The notes below the pieces were generated by a model. It did not search any database and was not told the DNA's origin. It saw nothing but the letters and a program-made list of their open reading frames with translations. A DNA stretch of 33,294 nt from Octopus bimaculoides (Eukaryota). Below are positions 10,536 through 22,487 of this stretch, piece after piece (the stretch's first letter is position 1; the number at the start of each line of letters is the position of its first letter). The translations under genes were made by a program, and so were the position numbers. The DNA lies in the NCBI RefSeq assembly GCF_001194135.2, contig NC_068985.1, positions 61,522,550 to 61,555,843 on the forward strand, in the 5' to 3' direction.

Positions 10536-12419
10536 NNNNNNNNNNNNNNNNNNNNNNNNNNNNNNNNNNNNNNNNNNNNNNNNNNNNNNNNNNNNNNNNN
10601 NNNNNNNNNNNNNNNNNNNNNNNNNNNNNNNNNNNNNNNNNNNNNNNNNNNNNNNNNNNNNNNNNNNNNNNNNNNNNNNNNNNNNNNNNNNNNNNNNNNN
10701 NNNNNNNNNNNNNNNNNNNNNNNNNNNNNNNNNNNNNNNNNNNNNNNNNNNNNNNNNNNNNNNNNNNNNNNNNNNNNNNNNNNNNNNNNNNNNNNNNNNN
10801 NNNNNNNNNNNNNNNNNNNNNNNNNNNNNNNNNNNNNNNNNNNNNNNNNNNNNNNNNNNNNNNNNNNNNNNNNNNNNNNNNNNNNNNNNNNNNNNNNNNN
10901 NNNNNNNNNNNNNNNNNNNNNNNNNNNNNNNNNNNNNNNNNNNNNNNNNNNNNNNNNNNNNNNNNNNNNNNNNNNNNNNNNNNNNNNNNNNNNNNNNNNN
11001 NNNNNNNNNNNNNNNNNNNNNNNNNNNNNNNNNNNNNNNNNNNNNNNNNNNNNNNNNNNNNNNNNNNNNNNNNNNNNNNNNNNNNNNNNNNNNNNNNNNN
11101 NNNNNNNNNNNNNNNNNNNNNNNNNNNNNNNNNNNNNNNNNNNNNNNNNNNNNNNNNNNNNNNNNNNNNNNNNNNNNNNNNNNNNNNNNNNNNNNNNNNN
11201 NNNNNNNNNNNNNNNNNNNNNNNNNNNNNNNNNNNNNNNNNNNNNNNNNNNNNNNNNNNNNNNNNNNNNNNNNNNNNNNNNNNNNNNNNNNNNNNNNNNN
11301 NNNNNNNNNNNNNNNNNNNNNNNNNNNNNNNNNNNNNNNNNNNNNTTTAGCTGATCTTGCTGAGTAAATTTGACTTTTATGGGCAGGTAAATTTAATTGA
11401 CAAGTGTAAAAGCAATAACATTATGGATAAACACTAAAATTGAAATTCTTTATGTATCTTACCTGTTTGATATGTTACTAAAATTATCCCAGAGGGCAAC
11501 CGACAAAAATTTTGCCACTTTTCAAGATGAGGTACATTAGTTTGAATTAATTAAAATACAGGTAAATCGCTACAAGATTTTATTCTTTCGGTAAATATTT
11601 CGTACTTCGGTATGGAATAATTTTTTTCGGGTGCATTCAACGTATCTGACCTCCAAACCCACTGCAAGCCACTTTTTTTTTTCAGAAAAGAAAGGTGGGA
11701 GGAGTGGTGGGGACCTCGACGTTTCCCATCCAGAGAGTTTTGTTTCGCGGGTAATTTTCTTTTCCAGATTATTTTGCATGTTTTCAACAAATGTTACATC
11801 GAAATCACGGATAAACGGCTCCTTTTTCTAGAAAAGGAAAGATTTGGCTGCTGTTTCTAGCATGCCCTGCTACCACATAACAACTATTTGCGTTCACACC
11901 GAAATATTTACAAACTTTTTTCCTTCCATTTATTTTTTCCACTTTAAGGAAGTCAATATTTTCTCTGTTGACATCCATCTCAGTTAATTTTGCTTTTCTC
12001 CCAGTTCTGTGTTTTCTGGAAGAAAAGCCCCCACCTTATCTGAAAGCTATGAGAATGCACAAACGTGATTTGTTTATTTTTAAAAAAGATTTCGTAGAGC
12101 AATGGATTTTGGCCGGTTTAAACATTAAAGGGTTAAAAAGTGCCAAAACTACAAAATCGGCTTTTTTGGTCTTTTTGAGGGCTTTAGAACCCCAAAATGC
12201 TGATTTTATAATTTTAAATTTCAAAGGGCCTAAAAAAGGCTGATTTCATAGTTTTGGCCTTTTTAAAAATGTTTTTAAGGGCTTTTAGAGTCAGAAAGGG
12301 TAAAAAAAAAAACTCAAACGAAACACAATATGAGTATTTAACTAAAGTTTATTGATAAAGTGGCCGTAAAAAAATAAGAATTTAAAAAAAAAATGAGTAA
12401 TACGATATATACAAAATTT

Positions 12420-13138
12420 TATTTTTCCTGTTCTTCTCCACTTTGTTGATGAGATTCATGTTGCTCTTCATGAAAATTAACATACTAAAATTTTCATCAG
12501 ACAAGGACGATCTCTTGGCACTCAAAGATGTCTTTGCCCATGGAAGATAAACGCTTATTTGCAGCACTGGGAAGGATGGCTGTGTTGAATTTGATGAAGG
12601 CAGCATCTGTCAGTAGATTTTTGGAGTTGGTCTCCAGCCTTTACTAAATTCTGGGCCTTGTCCTTCAGTGGCCTGTGGCTTCTGCTCTCTTTTTGTTGGG
12701 TGACACCACTGAAGAAGTCATGCCCCACCTCTTCGTTGTTGCTGTCTCCACTGCTGCTGCTCACTTCCTCAGACTACTGCCTCATGGTCACTTCGACCTT
12801 ATCCTCTATGCTTCTCTTCACCTTGGTGAACTTGGTGCTATCGTACCTATCCAACCAGATGAGGCGAAACCTAGGGCGGAAGGCAGCAGTCAGTTGGCAT
12901 TCTTCATCGTCCAGGAGGTTCACAAATCTTTTGTCGATGTCTGCCAAAACTGCATCGACCAAGGGGCTGCAGTAGGCAAGTTTTGGGTTAACGGATTTAA
13001 GTTAATGGAAGCTAAATGTAACGGAAGTTAATTAGTCCGATAATGATTTTCAAAGTTTACTTAAAAGTTAAATCGTTAACGAAAATGTTAACATCGTTAA
13101 TTAACGATTAACGAATTAACGGGCTTACGCCCAGCTCA
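12420..13138 (-). mobile_element. Internally deleted hAT-superfamily DNA transposon (terminal region fused to transposase C-terminal half)
   Basis: Minus-strand peptides CQLTAAFRPRFRLIWL, FIKFNTAILPSAANKRLSSMGKD and LSAKRSSLSDENFSMLIFMKSN match the hAT C-terminal dimerisation region (..PSSA..ERLFS..KR..LSD.NF..L.F.K.N). Terminus GAGCTGGGC at 13137-13129 with clustered TTAACG/CGTTAA subterminal repeats at 12980-13122. The other terminus was not found. Confidence 0.85.
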
Positions 13139-13524
13139 GTACAAATGTATATGTATATGTGTTTGTAGAAGCAGAAAGGCCCCACTCATAAAACAAGCAA
13201 AATCTTGAGTCATTTCAGTTAATGATACTCACACGTCATTAAATATTTAAATATAAATGCCAGACATTCGAAACTTGGGAAACAATAAAATCGTGTACAA
13301 TCTACCACACGCATGGATACATACATACAAACGCGTGCGCAACAGACACAAACGCACACATAAACACAGACAGCCATTGATGCATACAGTTACACGCATA
13401 AACACGCACACACAGACATGTACACACACAACAATAAATAAATTTATTTTTTTAGAAAATTTATCAACTGGACAAACTAGCGAATTGGAAACAGAGTCAA
13501 CATGAGTGGCATTATAGTTATATC

Positions 13525-13625
13525 ACATCCACCCATCCATCCATCCATCCATCCACCCATCCATCCATCCATCCATCCTTCCATGCATCCATACACACAC
13601 ATATACATACATACATACATATATA
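13525..13625. repeat. (CCAT)n then (CATA)n microsatellite
   Basis: Directly visible. Confidence 0.95.
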
Positions 13626-14239
13626 TATCCACAAACATATACAGACACAACCATATACAGAAATATTCACTCAGACATATACACATGCACACACATACAG
13701 CCGGTTATACACACCCACTGTCAAAATAATATTTATATAAGTTTTAAATTGCTGCAAAGGTTATTCGACGGATATGAAAGGCCATTATAATAAACCGCAA
13801 ACTGGTTGAACATAAAATTGTTCTGGAGAGTTCTTTGTATTCTGATGTATGAAAGTTGAACAAATAACAAGACTAAAGATAAAATAGCAGCTAAAAACAT
13901 TAAAACCATCAAAATAAAAGAAACAATTCTTATTTCTCAACACTAATATTTTTGGACTTCAAATGGAGTCCTTTCTAAAAGCGTAAATCAGAAATCATAA
14001 TTCCTCTTCTACACAGAAAATAAATATTGTGTAGCTTTAACCCACTTCTGCTGTCTAAAATAATTGTTTTGAAAAATGGTTTCAATCAATTTGTCTATCA
14101 GTTGACATTGAATATCAAAACCAAAGCTTCTCTTTTTAGTTTCTCTGAGACTTCATCTATTCTCTCTACCGTCTTCTAAACACCTTTAACCGCCAGTAGT
14201 TGTTTAATTATCTTTGGTTCTGTTTTGAAGATATCTCGC

Positions 14240-14635
14240 CTCACTATTCTCTGAAATAAAGACTTTTCTGTCCCAAATGACTAAGTCAGGTCTTTTATGT
14301 GTCTACTTGGTAGAAATTATTCCTTGCGATGATATGTAAATGTATATTCAATAACAGAAGTGTTGTCTATACTTATCCTAGTGTAGTCTTCCGCATGGAT
14401 GGCATTGTATATCGTTTTAGTAATGAAATTATGACTCAGTGGGAAGTAGTACTTTGATGACATTTTTGGACAGCTGTTGACTACATGATTTATGTCCTCC
14501 ACAGAAGAGTGACATAAGCGACATTTGCGGTTGCATCTTGGGATTTTAAGGGCTTCGCTAACTCCTTTTGTTCATTTGATATTTCGTAGCTATCACCCGC
14601 TCTTGGATTGCAAAAGCATAGCCTTCAGAAATGAC
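14240..14635 (-). mobile_element. R4/Dong-like non-LTR retrotransposon 3' fragment (CCHC zinc knuckle plus RLE endonuclease)
   Basis: SEGYAFAIQERVIATKY...RKCRLCHSSVEDINHVVNSCPKMSSKYY...KRPDLVIWDRK; homologous to 17190-17580 on the plus strand. Confidence 0.85.
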
Positions 14636-14939
14636 GCAAAGTAGCTGGGAGAACAGGCACAGAAATTCAGAAACTACAGCTTGATTAAAAGACAGCTATT
14701 CTATCTTATGATACATTACTGTTGGAATGGTCATTGAGCAAACGGTGAAGCAGTCAAGCGTAATTTAAGAGTTGGCAACCTAAGTTCCTGCTACACCACA
14801 GGCAACCTTAGTATAGTCTGGCGCACACTTCTAAAAGGATCCTGGAGTTACTGTTTTATATGCAAGAAAAAAAAATTCTGAGACTAATATTTTAAATCTT
14901 TTCATCACATATTTGATCACAAGAATGCTTAAAGCCATT

Positions 14940-15057
14940 TACCTACCTACCTACATATATACATACATACATACATACATACATGCATGCATGCATACAT
15001 ACATACACACACACACATACACAGACACATACATACATACATACATACATACATACA

Positions 15058-15091
<34 letters not shown>

Positions 15092-15100
15092 CACACATAC
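14940..15100. repeat. (TACA)n/(CATA)n microsatellite
   Basis: Directly visible. Confidence 0.95.
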
Positions 15101-17935
15101 TATTACTCTAAAAGAACACCTAGGAGAAATCTACAGTAAACAAAGTAACGAAATTACTAAACAGAAACAACCTAAATGGAAAACAAAACTTGAAGGAATC
15201 AACAACGTGCGCCACCACATCGGATGGTTAACTACAGCAATAAGGAGAAAGGAGAAAAACGGGTTTACACCTCACCAACTCTACCTTAGACAAAAATGAA
15301 CGAGACTTTATGGCAACTCTTCTCACCAAGCTCTTGAGGAAAGGCTAATCATTTTAAAACATGAACTTAGGACGATAAGCGAGAAACTCCACTATCGCAT
15401 GCGAATTTTTGAATGAGTCAGTATCAATCGCAAATTTGCTTCTAATCCATAAGCATTATACAGAGAGACGAGGAAGGAAAATATTCCAAAAATTTGGAAC
15501 GAAAAGAGGGATTTCAACTTGAATGCAACATGGTTAAATACAATTGAGAGAATACTGTACCAACACTAACAGTAAAACACACAAAATCGATGCAGAGATC
15601 TCCGCTTAGGCAAACTGCAGAACAGGAAGGCACCTGGAAAGGACCTAATAGTTGGATATTGGTACAAGAAGCTGACACTTTATAGAAACCAGTTGATATG
15701 TATGTTCAAAAATGACTATGGAAGGTTAGGCTGATATACCAAATTAGCTTGCTACAGCAAGTACAAATCTTGTTCCCAAAAATCAAATCACGGAGATGGC
15801 AGGAAACTACAGGCCCATTGCCTGTCTAAACACTGTACAAACGGTACACAAGTTGCCTCAACCAGTTCTTCCAGGACCATTGTGAGTCGAACAACATTGT
15901 AACTGATGAAGTCTGATGGAAAGAAGGGACAGTGGGGATGTGCCGAACAACTTTTAATAAACAAAGTTGTACTGTCTGAAGTAAGAAAACAGCGTAGAAA
16001 CCTTGTGTCAGTATGGCTCGACTATAGGAAGGCATTCAACTCTATCTCTCATTCATGACTGTTGAAGTGCCTACACCTGGCAAAAGTACCCACCACCCTA
16101 ATTGCTGAAATAGAGAGACTCACAAAGATGTGGACAACAGTTCTCACCCTTCCAACTGAGAATAGAATAATTGTTTCAGATAGTATAGGCATCTCAAAGG
16201 GAATAATCCAGGGAGATAGACTATCTGTACTTCTTTTCATTTCGGCACTGAATCCATTATCGTTCCTACTGCAGAAAACAAATGGTTACATGCTAAGATC
16301 TTCAACTACTAGCAATATCCATGTAACTCATAATTTCTTTGTAGACGATCTGAAGATTTATGCTAAAAGTGTTAAAAATACCAAAAAACAACTGGAATTA
16401 ATAATAACATTTTCAGCTGATGTCGGCATGGAATTTGGCCAAAAGAAATGTTCATATTTGGTTATAGAACGAGAAAAGTCAGTCCCCAAAACCCAAAACC
16501 TGTGCATGAACGGTATCTATCTCTCCCATTCCACACAAATAATGTTACAAGTACCTAGGCATAGACGAAAATGTATCATATGAAGGCACAGAGAATAAAG
16601 ATAGAGTGACCCGAGAATATTACATCAGACTTAGGAAAATATGACAATCGGGACTCTCCTCTTACAGAAAAAACAATATCCCACAATGAATTTGCAGTGC
16701 CAGTGCTGATCCCAACATTTGGGATACTTGATTGGTCTGCAGAGGAAATCTACTTCATAGATATCAAAACCCGCAAAATCTTGAAAGCAACTGGAAACGT
16801 CCACAGAAACAGTGATGTTGACAGGCTCTACCTAAGAAGAAATGAAGGTGGTAGAGGCCTGAGATCAGTGCAGGCGGCCTTCGAATGCCGTATGGTATCA
16901 CTCAGGCAGCATATGCTGAACAACAGCAGCAAAAATAATATATAAATGCAGTACTGAAAAGTGAAGTGAGCAACATTGTGCGAGTTGGCAGCGTTCTCCT
17001 CAAGAAGCACCCTCACCCTGATGATCGCCTACTTAGCCCCAAAACAGCTGGGCTCTCTTATTTCAGAGAAGGCCTGGATGGAAAGCACTCAGCATACAAA
17101 AAAAAAAAGTATATGCATGGGTATGTTGCCCGGAAGCTTGAAGAAGACAGTAGAATTGACACGAAGCGCAACCTCTCTTGGACACAAGACCACTACATCA
17201 CGTCACACTTTGAAGGCGTAGGAGATTGCCACAAAGTACTTGGTGAACATGAGAGACAGTGATGCTCTTGTAATACCAAAGTGCAACTGCATGTGAAGGC
17301 TATGTCATGTTTCTGTGGAAGACATCACGCATGTGATTAGCAGCTGTCCTAAAATGTCGTCACGGTACTACCTCCCTATGCGGCACGATGTTGTTGCTAA
17401 AACAATTTACAACGCCATCCGCAAAAAATGTCCTGAAATAAACTTAGAAAAAATCCTTCTGTTATGGAATACCTTCATAAACACCAACTCAAGGAATACT
17501 GGTGGAATATCCTCATCAGAACTTCTGTCAAATTTAAACACAACTGGCCGGATATTGTCGTTTGGGACAATAGAGGTCAATTGCCCTGCAGATATAAATA
17601 TCTCTGTGAAAATCAAAGAAAAAGAGGATATTTATGGACAACTGCATCCATCTTCTATAATCAGACTGAATTCATATACATACCAATAATAATTGGAGCA
17701 CTAGGTTTTGTTAGTAAATGCTTAAAGAAGAATCTGGATAAACTGGAATTTTCAGGAAGAGAAATCGACCAGCTAATTCGTACATTACAAATGCAATCTT
17801 TGAGTGGAGAAGTAAAAATATGCAAGGCTCTTCTCAAGTTCCAAATGTGAATTTGTCTATGTTAACTACATCCTAAAGATGGAGTCTTGTCTCTGTTGGA
17901 AACCGGCCCCCTCCTCAGTGGAAGATTTATAATAA
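15100..17935 (+). mobile_element. 5'-truncated, decayed R4/Dong-clade non-LTR retrotransposon (RT + CCHC + RLE endonuclease, single ORF)
   Basis: KAPGKDLIVGYWYKKL; NYRPIACLNT; WLDYRKAFNSISHS; GIIQGDRLSVLLFISALNPLS; HNFFVDDLKIY; DVGMEFGQKKC; LYLRRNEGGRGLRSV; ITSHFEG; RLCHVSVEDITHVISSC..RHD; HNWPDIVVWD; IIIGALG; ORF end at 17850, then a 3' UTR ending TTTATAATAATTAAA. Many stops and frameshifts. Confidence 0.92.
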
Positions 17936-19489
17936 TTAAAAAATAGAAGAGACATACGTACATACATACATACATACATATGACTGACTTCTCATTTGTA
18001 CCTATCATTATAGGTGCATTTGGTTATGTACTAACAAATTTGCACTAAAACCTATAAATACTCGGTTTCTTGGTTAAAGAGCAAAATAAATTGACGCGGA
18101 TTCTCCAAATCTAATCTCTTAGTGACACAGTAAAGATTTGTAAGACATTCCAAAAATTCTCCATCTGAGATTCTTATGTGAATAGATGCACACAGTTCAA
18201 CCAACACACCAACTCAACCACATATTTACAAACATCGGGAACTCTGTGAACTCAAAAAGTTTAGTTGCTTTGTTAGCGACTGGCTTGAACTCTCTGAAGA
18301 AGAACTTAAATTAAACTCAAAGAAAAATTATACATACATACATACATACACACATAATGTACCCCTCACACACTCACATACATAGACCCCCCACACACGC
18401 ACAAACGTCTGTGTTCACTCCTACATTTAAACGCAGCAGCTTCACTTTGAAATCCTTACATAAGCAAATTTAAGTAGATTATAGTAGAATTTAAAAAAAA
18501 TATAATGGACCACGCCTAAGTAAATTAATTCTACGCTTATCCTAACCTATTCTCCTTGGCTGGAGGAGAAAATGTAGAATAACATCAATGATACTAAGAA
18601 ATTCCTTCTATATCCAAGCAATGTTACTTTTTAAATAATCTATTCTTTAAAAAGAACAGATATTGTTTTTCTGCAGCGTCACACATTTATGAGGTGAGTG
18701 AGATAGAAAGATAATAAAAGAGACTGAGAGATGAAGAATGAGGAGGAGGGCTAGAGTAGGAAAGATACTATGTTGGAGAGAGAGAGAGAGGGGGGGGAGA
18801 GAAGGTGAGAGAGAGATAGTGAAAGTATTTTATCTTTACTCCCAAGAGTGACAGGGTGAAAAGAATTAATTCCTAACAATTTCCAGCTGAGAAAAAAAAA
18901 ACAAAAGTGATATAAAAGAATTAATGAGGAGACTATGTAGAAAAAAAAAGGTTTCAACAAAAATAATAATAAAAAGCAACAAATAAAAAAGGTCTATCGG
19001 TAGATTTATTCGTCGTGTAACCTCTGTTGTTCATTTCGTGTGAAGAAGGTGGAACGGGTTGAAATAGAAGCTCTTCTGATGTTAGTTAAATGCATAATTC
19101 TAGCCAAGAGCTGGCTATTTGCCAATTGCAAATGCCAACCAAACAGTAATAATACTTAGTGTGCCTTAATGGCTACAGAATGTAATTCAGTATTCTCTTA
19201 GGATATACCCTCTCCTGTGAACATACCTGCATTCTCTAGTTTATAATGTTTTATTTCTAACAAACTGATATCATTAGTATCAGGCGTCAGAAGACATTTT
19301 ATGTGTTTTATCCTTTGTTAAACCAAATCTCACGAGAATTCATAACAACAAACCTTAAACAATCTAATTTTACTGACTTCTGAGTATTGGAGTATCTGAG
19401 CACCGACTGGGAGTAATACATAATAAATTAATATGGCAAGGCTAGTGTGGCTTTGAGGTGAAAAAATTGTATTATTGTTATTATTAATA

Positions 19490-19600
19490 TCATGGTTTGA
19501 GTTCAAATTATGTCGAGGTTGACTGTGAGCACTGGTCTGGTCAACGTGCCTCTTCGAAATTGTCGCCTTGGGCCAAAATTTGAAACCATTTTCAATATCA
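19490..19600 (+). mobile_element. Decayed, internally deleted SINE
   Basis: GAGTTCAAATTATGTCGAGGTTGACT...GAGCACTGG...AAATTGTCGCCTTGGGCCAAAATTTGAAACCATT matches family motifs seen at 19641-19975. Confidence 0.55.
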
Positions 19601-19640
19601 TGATGAAGAAAACAGAAATAGTAATGTTTTTAAACTGCAA

Positions 19641-19854
19641 TAATAATCCTTTCTGCCAGAGACACAAGGCCCGAAATATTAACCTTATGGTTCAACAGGT
19701 ACTTAATTTATCCGAAAGGTGAAAGACAAAATTAACCCGAAAGGTGAAAGACAAACTCGACCTCGGTGGAATTTGAACTCAGAACGTAAAGACTGACGAA
19801 ATTCCGCTAAGCATTTTGTCCGGCGTGCTAACGATTCTGCCAGCTTGCTGTCTT
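19641..19854 (-). mobile_element. tRNA-derived SINE with a small internal tandem duplication
   Basis: Reverse complement: AAGACAGCAAGCTGGCAGAATCGTTAGCACGCCGGACAAAATGCTTAGCGG...GTTCTGAGTTCAAATTCCACCGAGGTCGA (A- and B-box-like) ...GATAAATTAAGTACC...; CCGAAAGGTGAAAGACAAA is repeated at 19712 and 19737. Confidence 0.85.
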
Positions 19855-19864
19855 ATTCAACCGC

Positions 19865-19975
19865 AATAATGATAATAATGGTCTCAAATTTTGGCATAAG
19901 GCCAGCAATTTCGTGGAAGGGATTAGCCGATTATATCAATTCCAGTGATCAACTGGTACATCTCTTCTCCTATCA
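19865..19975 (-). mobile_element. 3' half of the same SINE family, abutting the Tx1-like fragment
   Basis: Reverse complement: GTACCAGTTGATCACTGGAATTGATATAATCGGCTAATCCC...AAATTGCTGGCCTTATGCCAAAATTTGAGACCATTATTATC. Confidence 0.7.
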
Positions 19976-21500
19976 GTTAGTCCCACACAATCCAAGATGT
20001 GTATCCAAAATGGCTTTCCAATCGCTCTCTAACACTAAAGAGCTGGGCGTTGTTAGGAAAATCTCCAAACGCATGCAGAAATTCGGCTGCTTTGCCCCAG
20101 TCGTGGCATACACAGCGACTAATCTAAAGGCACCACCTTCGCTACTAAGCATGTCAAAGACCACCGTCCGGGTTCAGGAAAATAGATCGTATCTTGAGGT
20201 CCAGGCCTTTCCGGAAAAGCACTGCCAGCCTACCCTCATTTCGAACCGTGTAAAAGAAGCGATAATCTCAAAATTACCATAAATGGGTGCTAAGATATGT
20301 GTGTCTGAAATCCTGGTATCGCTGGTGGTTATCACATTTAAACCTCACAACTCTAAAACCATTGAGCAGACGATCTTGCTTTTAGAGTGACTTCAGGTCA
20401 AGTGCATTTATACATCCCATTATCAGAGTTCCCTTACGTTCGGACTTCCAGCATCATTTGGGAATCATCATTATCTACACAATATTTTATGCCTCCAAAT
20501 TAAGTCTCTGTCGCTGCATAAACTGCTGTTCAAATGGCAGATCACTATCTTACCTTCTGGGTCTAAGAAAATGGTACGTATCGTGAGATCCATACCATTT
20601 CACGATATGAAGCAACACAGCAGCTCCGTATCACAATCCCGGTATCTTGGCGATGAATAAATCTCTTTTCCATCGGCAATGGATGTGAAGATTTGTGGAT
20701 CGGAAACTCTGGTCTTAATGATGGCCACGACATTTATATCTAATGACCTGAGGTCCTTGAGTAAGTGATCCTCCTTCAAGGGTGATTCACATGCTATATA
20801 CAGTCACACTACCTACTCTGAGTACGATTATATTTGAAAAGAGTGAGAGGAGAGTAGAGTGAGAAGAAACAAATATGGATGGACAGATTTTCCTTCCACC
20901 CACTTCTTTGGCGATCCGTTTGGATCCATAGCTCAATCCCTTGGCCCGATCAATTTTATATCTGCTGCCTTTGGATTTGTAGAGTATTAGTTTTGTCCTC
21001 TATAGTAATGAATACAGCCATCACCAACTAGTAGATGTTTATTTCTGGGGACACGCAGATTATCTTTATTTTAACCACAGTACGGCCAGGGTAGATTGGT
21101 ATGGGGATCATTTCCTCACTCCTTACCAATTTACTCTGGCTTCATCCTCTGTAGAAAATTTCACCTCTATTGTGCCGTACCTTTTTTTTTATACCCTGGC
21201 AACTTGTGGTTTGGTGCTCCAGATTAGTCTGAAATACATTTCAATTTGCTGTTATGTCACCTGCTCTATTTTCTTACTTTTTGCTGCTAAGGTTTTATAC
21301 GTCACAGTTCTGAAGTTTGTTTCTTGCTGGATGGATTCCGCGATGTTGATTGCAACATTTCATCCAGATCTTGTGAAAATGCTTTTCACAATTTTTGATT
21401 TTTCCAACGTTAAAATAATGTCATCTGTTTGGTTGGTTGCATCAGCGACCTCGCTAATGCTAGATTTGCAAGTTAAGTTAATTTTTTTGTGACGGCGTCC
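19975..21500 (-). mobile_element. 5' portion of an L1/Tx1-like LINE: ORF1 relic (about 21500-20900) plus two tandem diverged AP-endonuclease N-terminal segments (20790-20515 and 20400-19975)
   Basis: APE copy B: NVITTSDTRISDTHILAPIYG..GRLAVLFRKGLDLKIRSIFLNPDG..FRLVAVYATTGAKQPNFCMRLEIFLTTPSSLVLESDWKAILD (GDWN/GDFN-like motif). APE copy A: HLLKDLRSLDINVVAIIKTRVSD..GMDLTIRTIFLDPEGKIVI. Upstream: KRYGTIEVKFSTEDEAR..PIYPGRTVVKIKIICVSPEI (ORF1-like; this assignment is less certain). Confidence 0.8.
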
Positions 21501-22487
21501 TTTTCTTGAAAACACAACACCAGCACCAGCAGCAGCAACAACAACAATAATAATAATAGTAATAGTCATATTCAAACCCCACAAAGTAAATGGTTTTTTT
21601 TTTAATGATGACAGTTATTGGCATTTGGTAAAAGTAACAAATAGCGGTTCGAGACTCAGTTTTTATTATTTTAAGAAACAGTCACTAAAATTGGCCCATA
21701 ACAGTTTATATAGTTTCTAATACTGGACATTAAGATAAAAGAATTATATTCAGTTGGAAATATATGCCTATAGAGATCGAAGCACTGGATTTCGTCAAAT
21801 TTGTTTATTTTTTGTTTCATCTTTCCCATACGAGAAATTTCTCATTATTTGGTGAAAGTTGGATTCTAAAAAGGAACCGTAGTCAGGTTTTGGCCAGATT
21901 TGAACCACCTCGTTCAAGATTCCTGTTTAGAACCACAGCCTAATTATATCGCCATAAAAAGCATGACCGGCTCCTTGAAAGAACAGAATGCCTACATAAA
22001 TGTTTACCAGCCAATCAGCGACGGCTAACATGTATCAGCCAACGGCGGTAAATATTAAAGAAAAGTTATGAAAGCTTCCCGCTAAATTATATTTCGAAAG
22101 TTTTCAGAAGACTTGTCCAGGTTTATAGAATGTTGGCACCGTGAAACCCACACTAGAACCAACTCAAGTTTCATACAGACCCTTGTCTCTTTGTTCCTCG
22201 AGACGTGCTTTCATTTCCTATTTGTCCTGATATGACATACACTGAAAATGCATGTTTGACAAAGGTAAATTATCCTTGTGTTTTCATGTCGTCATACATA
22301 CATCCGTTATTTTCTTTATCTCCTACATTGTAAATCTTTAAGCATTACAGCTTTACAGAAATGTTCATCAATGTAATATATTTGAACAAATATAAACTGT
22401 TTAATATAATAAATGTATGGAAAAATTATTTTGAGTGGTCATTCTTGTCTACGGACACAGCTTCTTACCTCATTATTCACCACAATA

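Noticed and set aside
1781-11367. Long ORFs of 240-440 aa in the ORF track (e.g. 1781..3097, 4530..5573, 8773..9645, 10519..11367)
   Set aside because: They are open only because they run through N gaps and microsatellites.
21920-22050. Possible host exon (TTTAG acceptor-like site, moderately GC-rich)
   Set aside because: All frames hit stops before a plausible donor, and there is no recognisable protein similarity.
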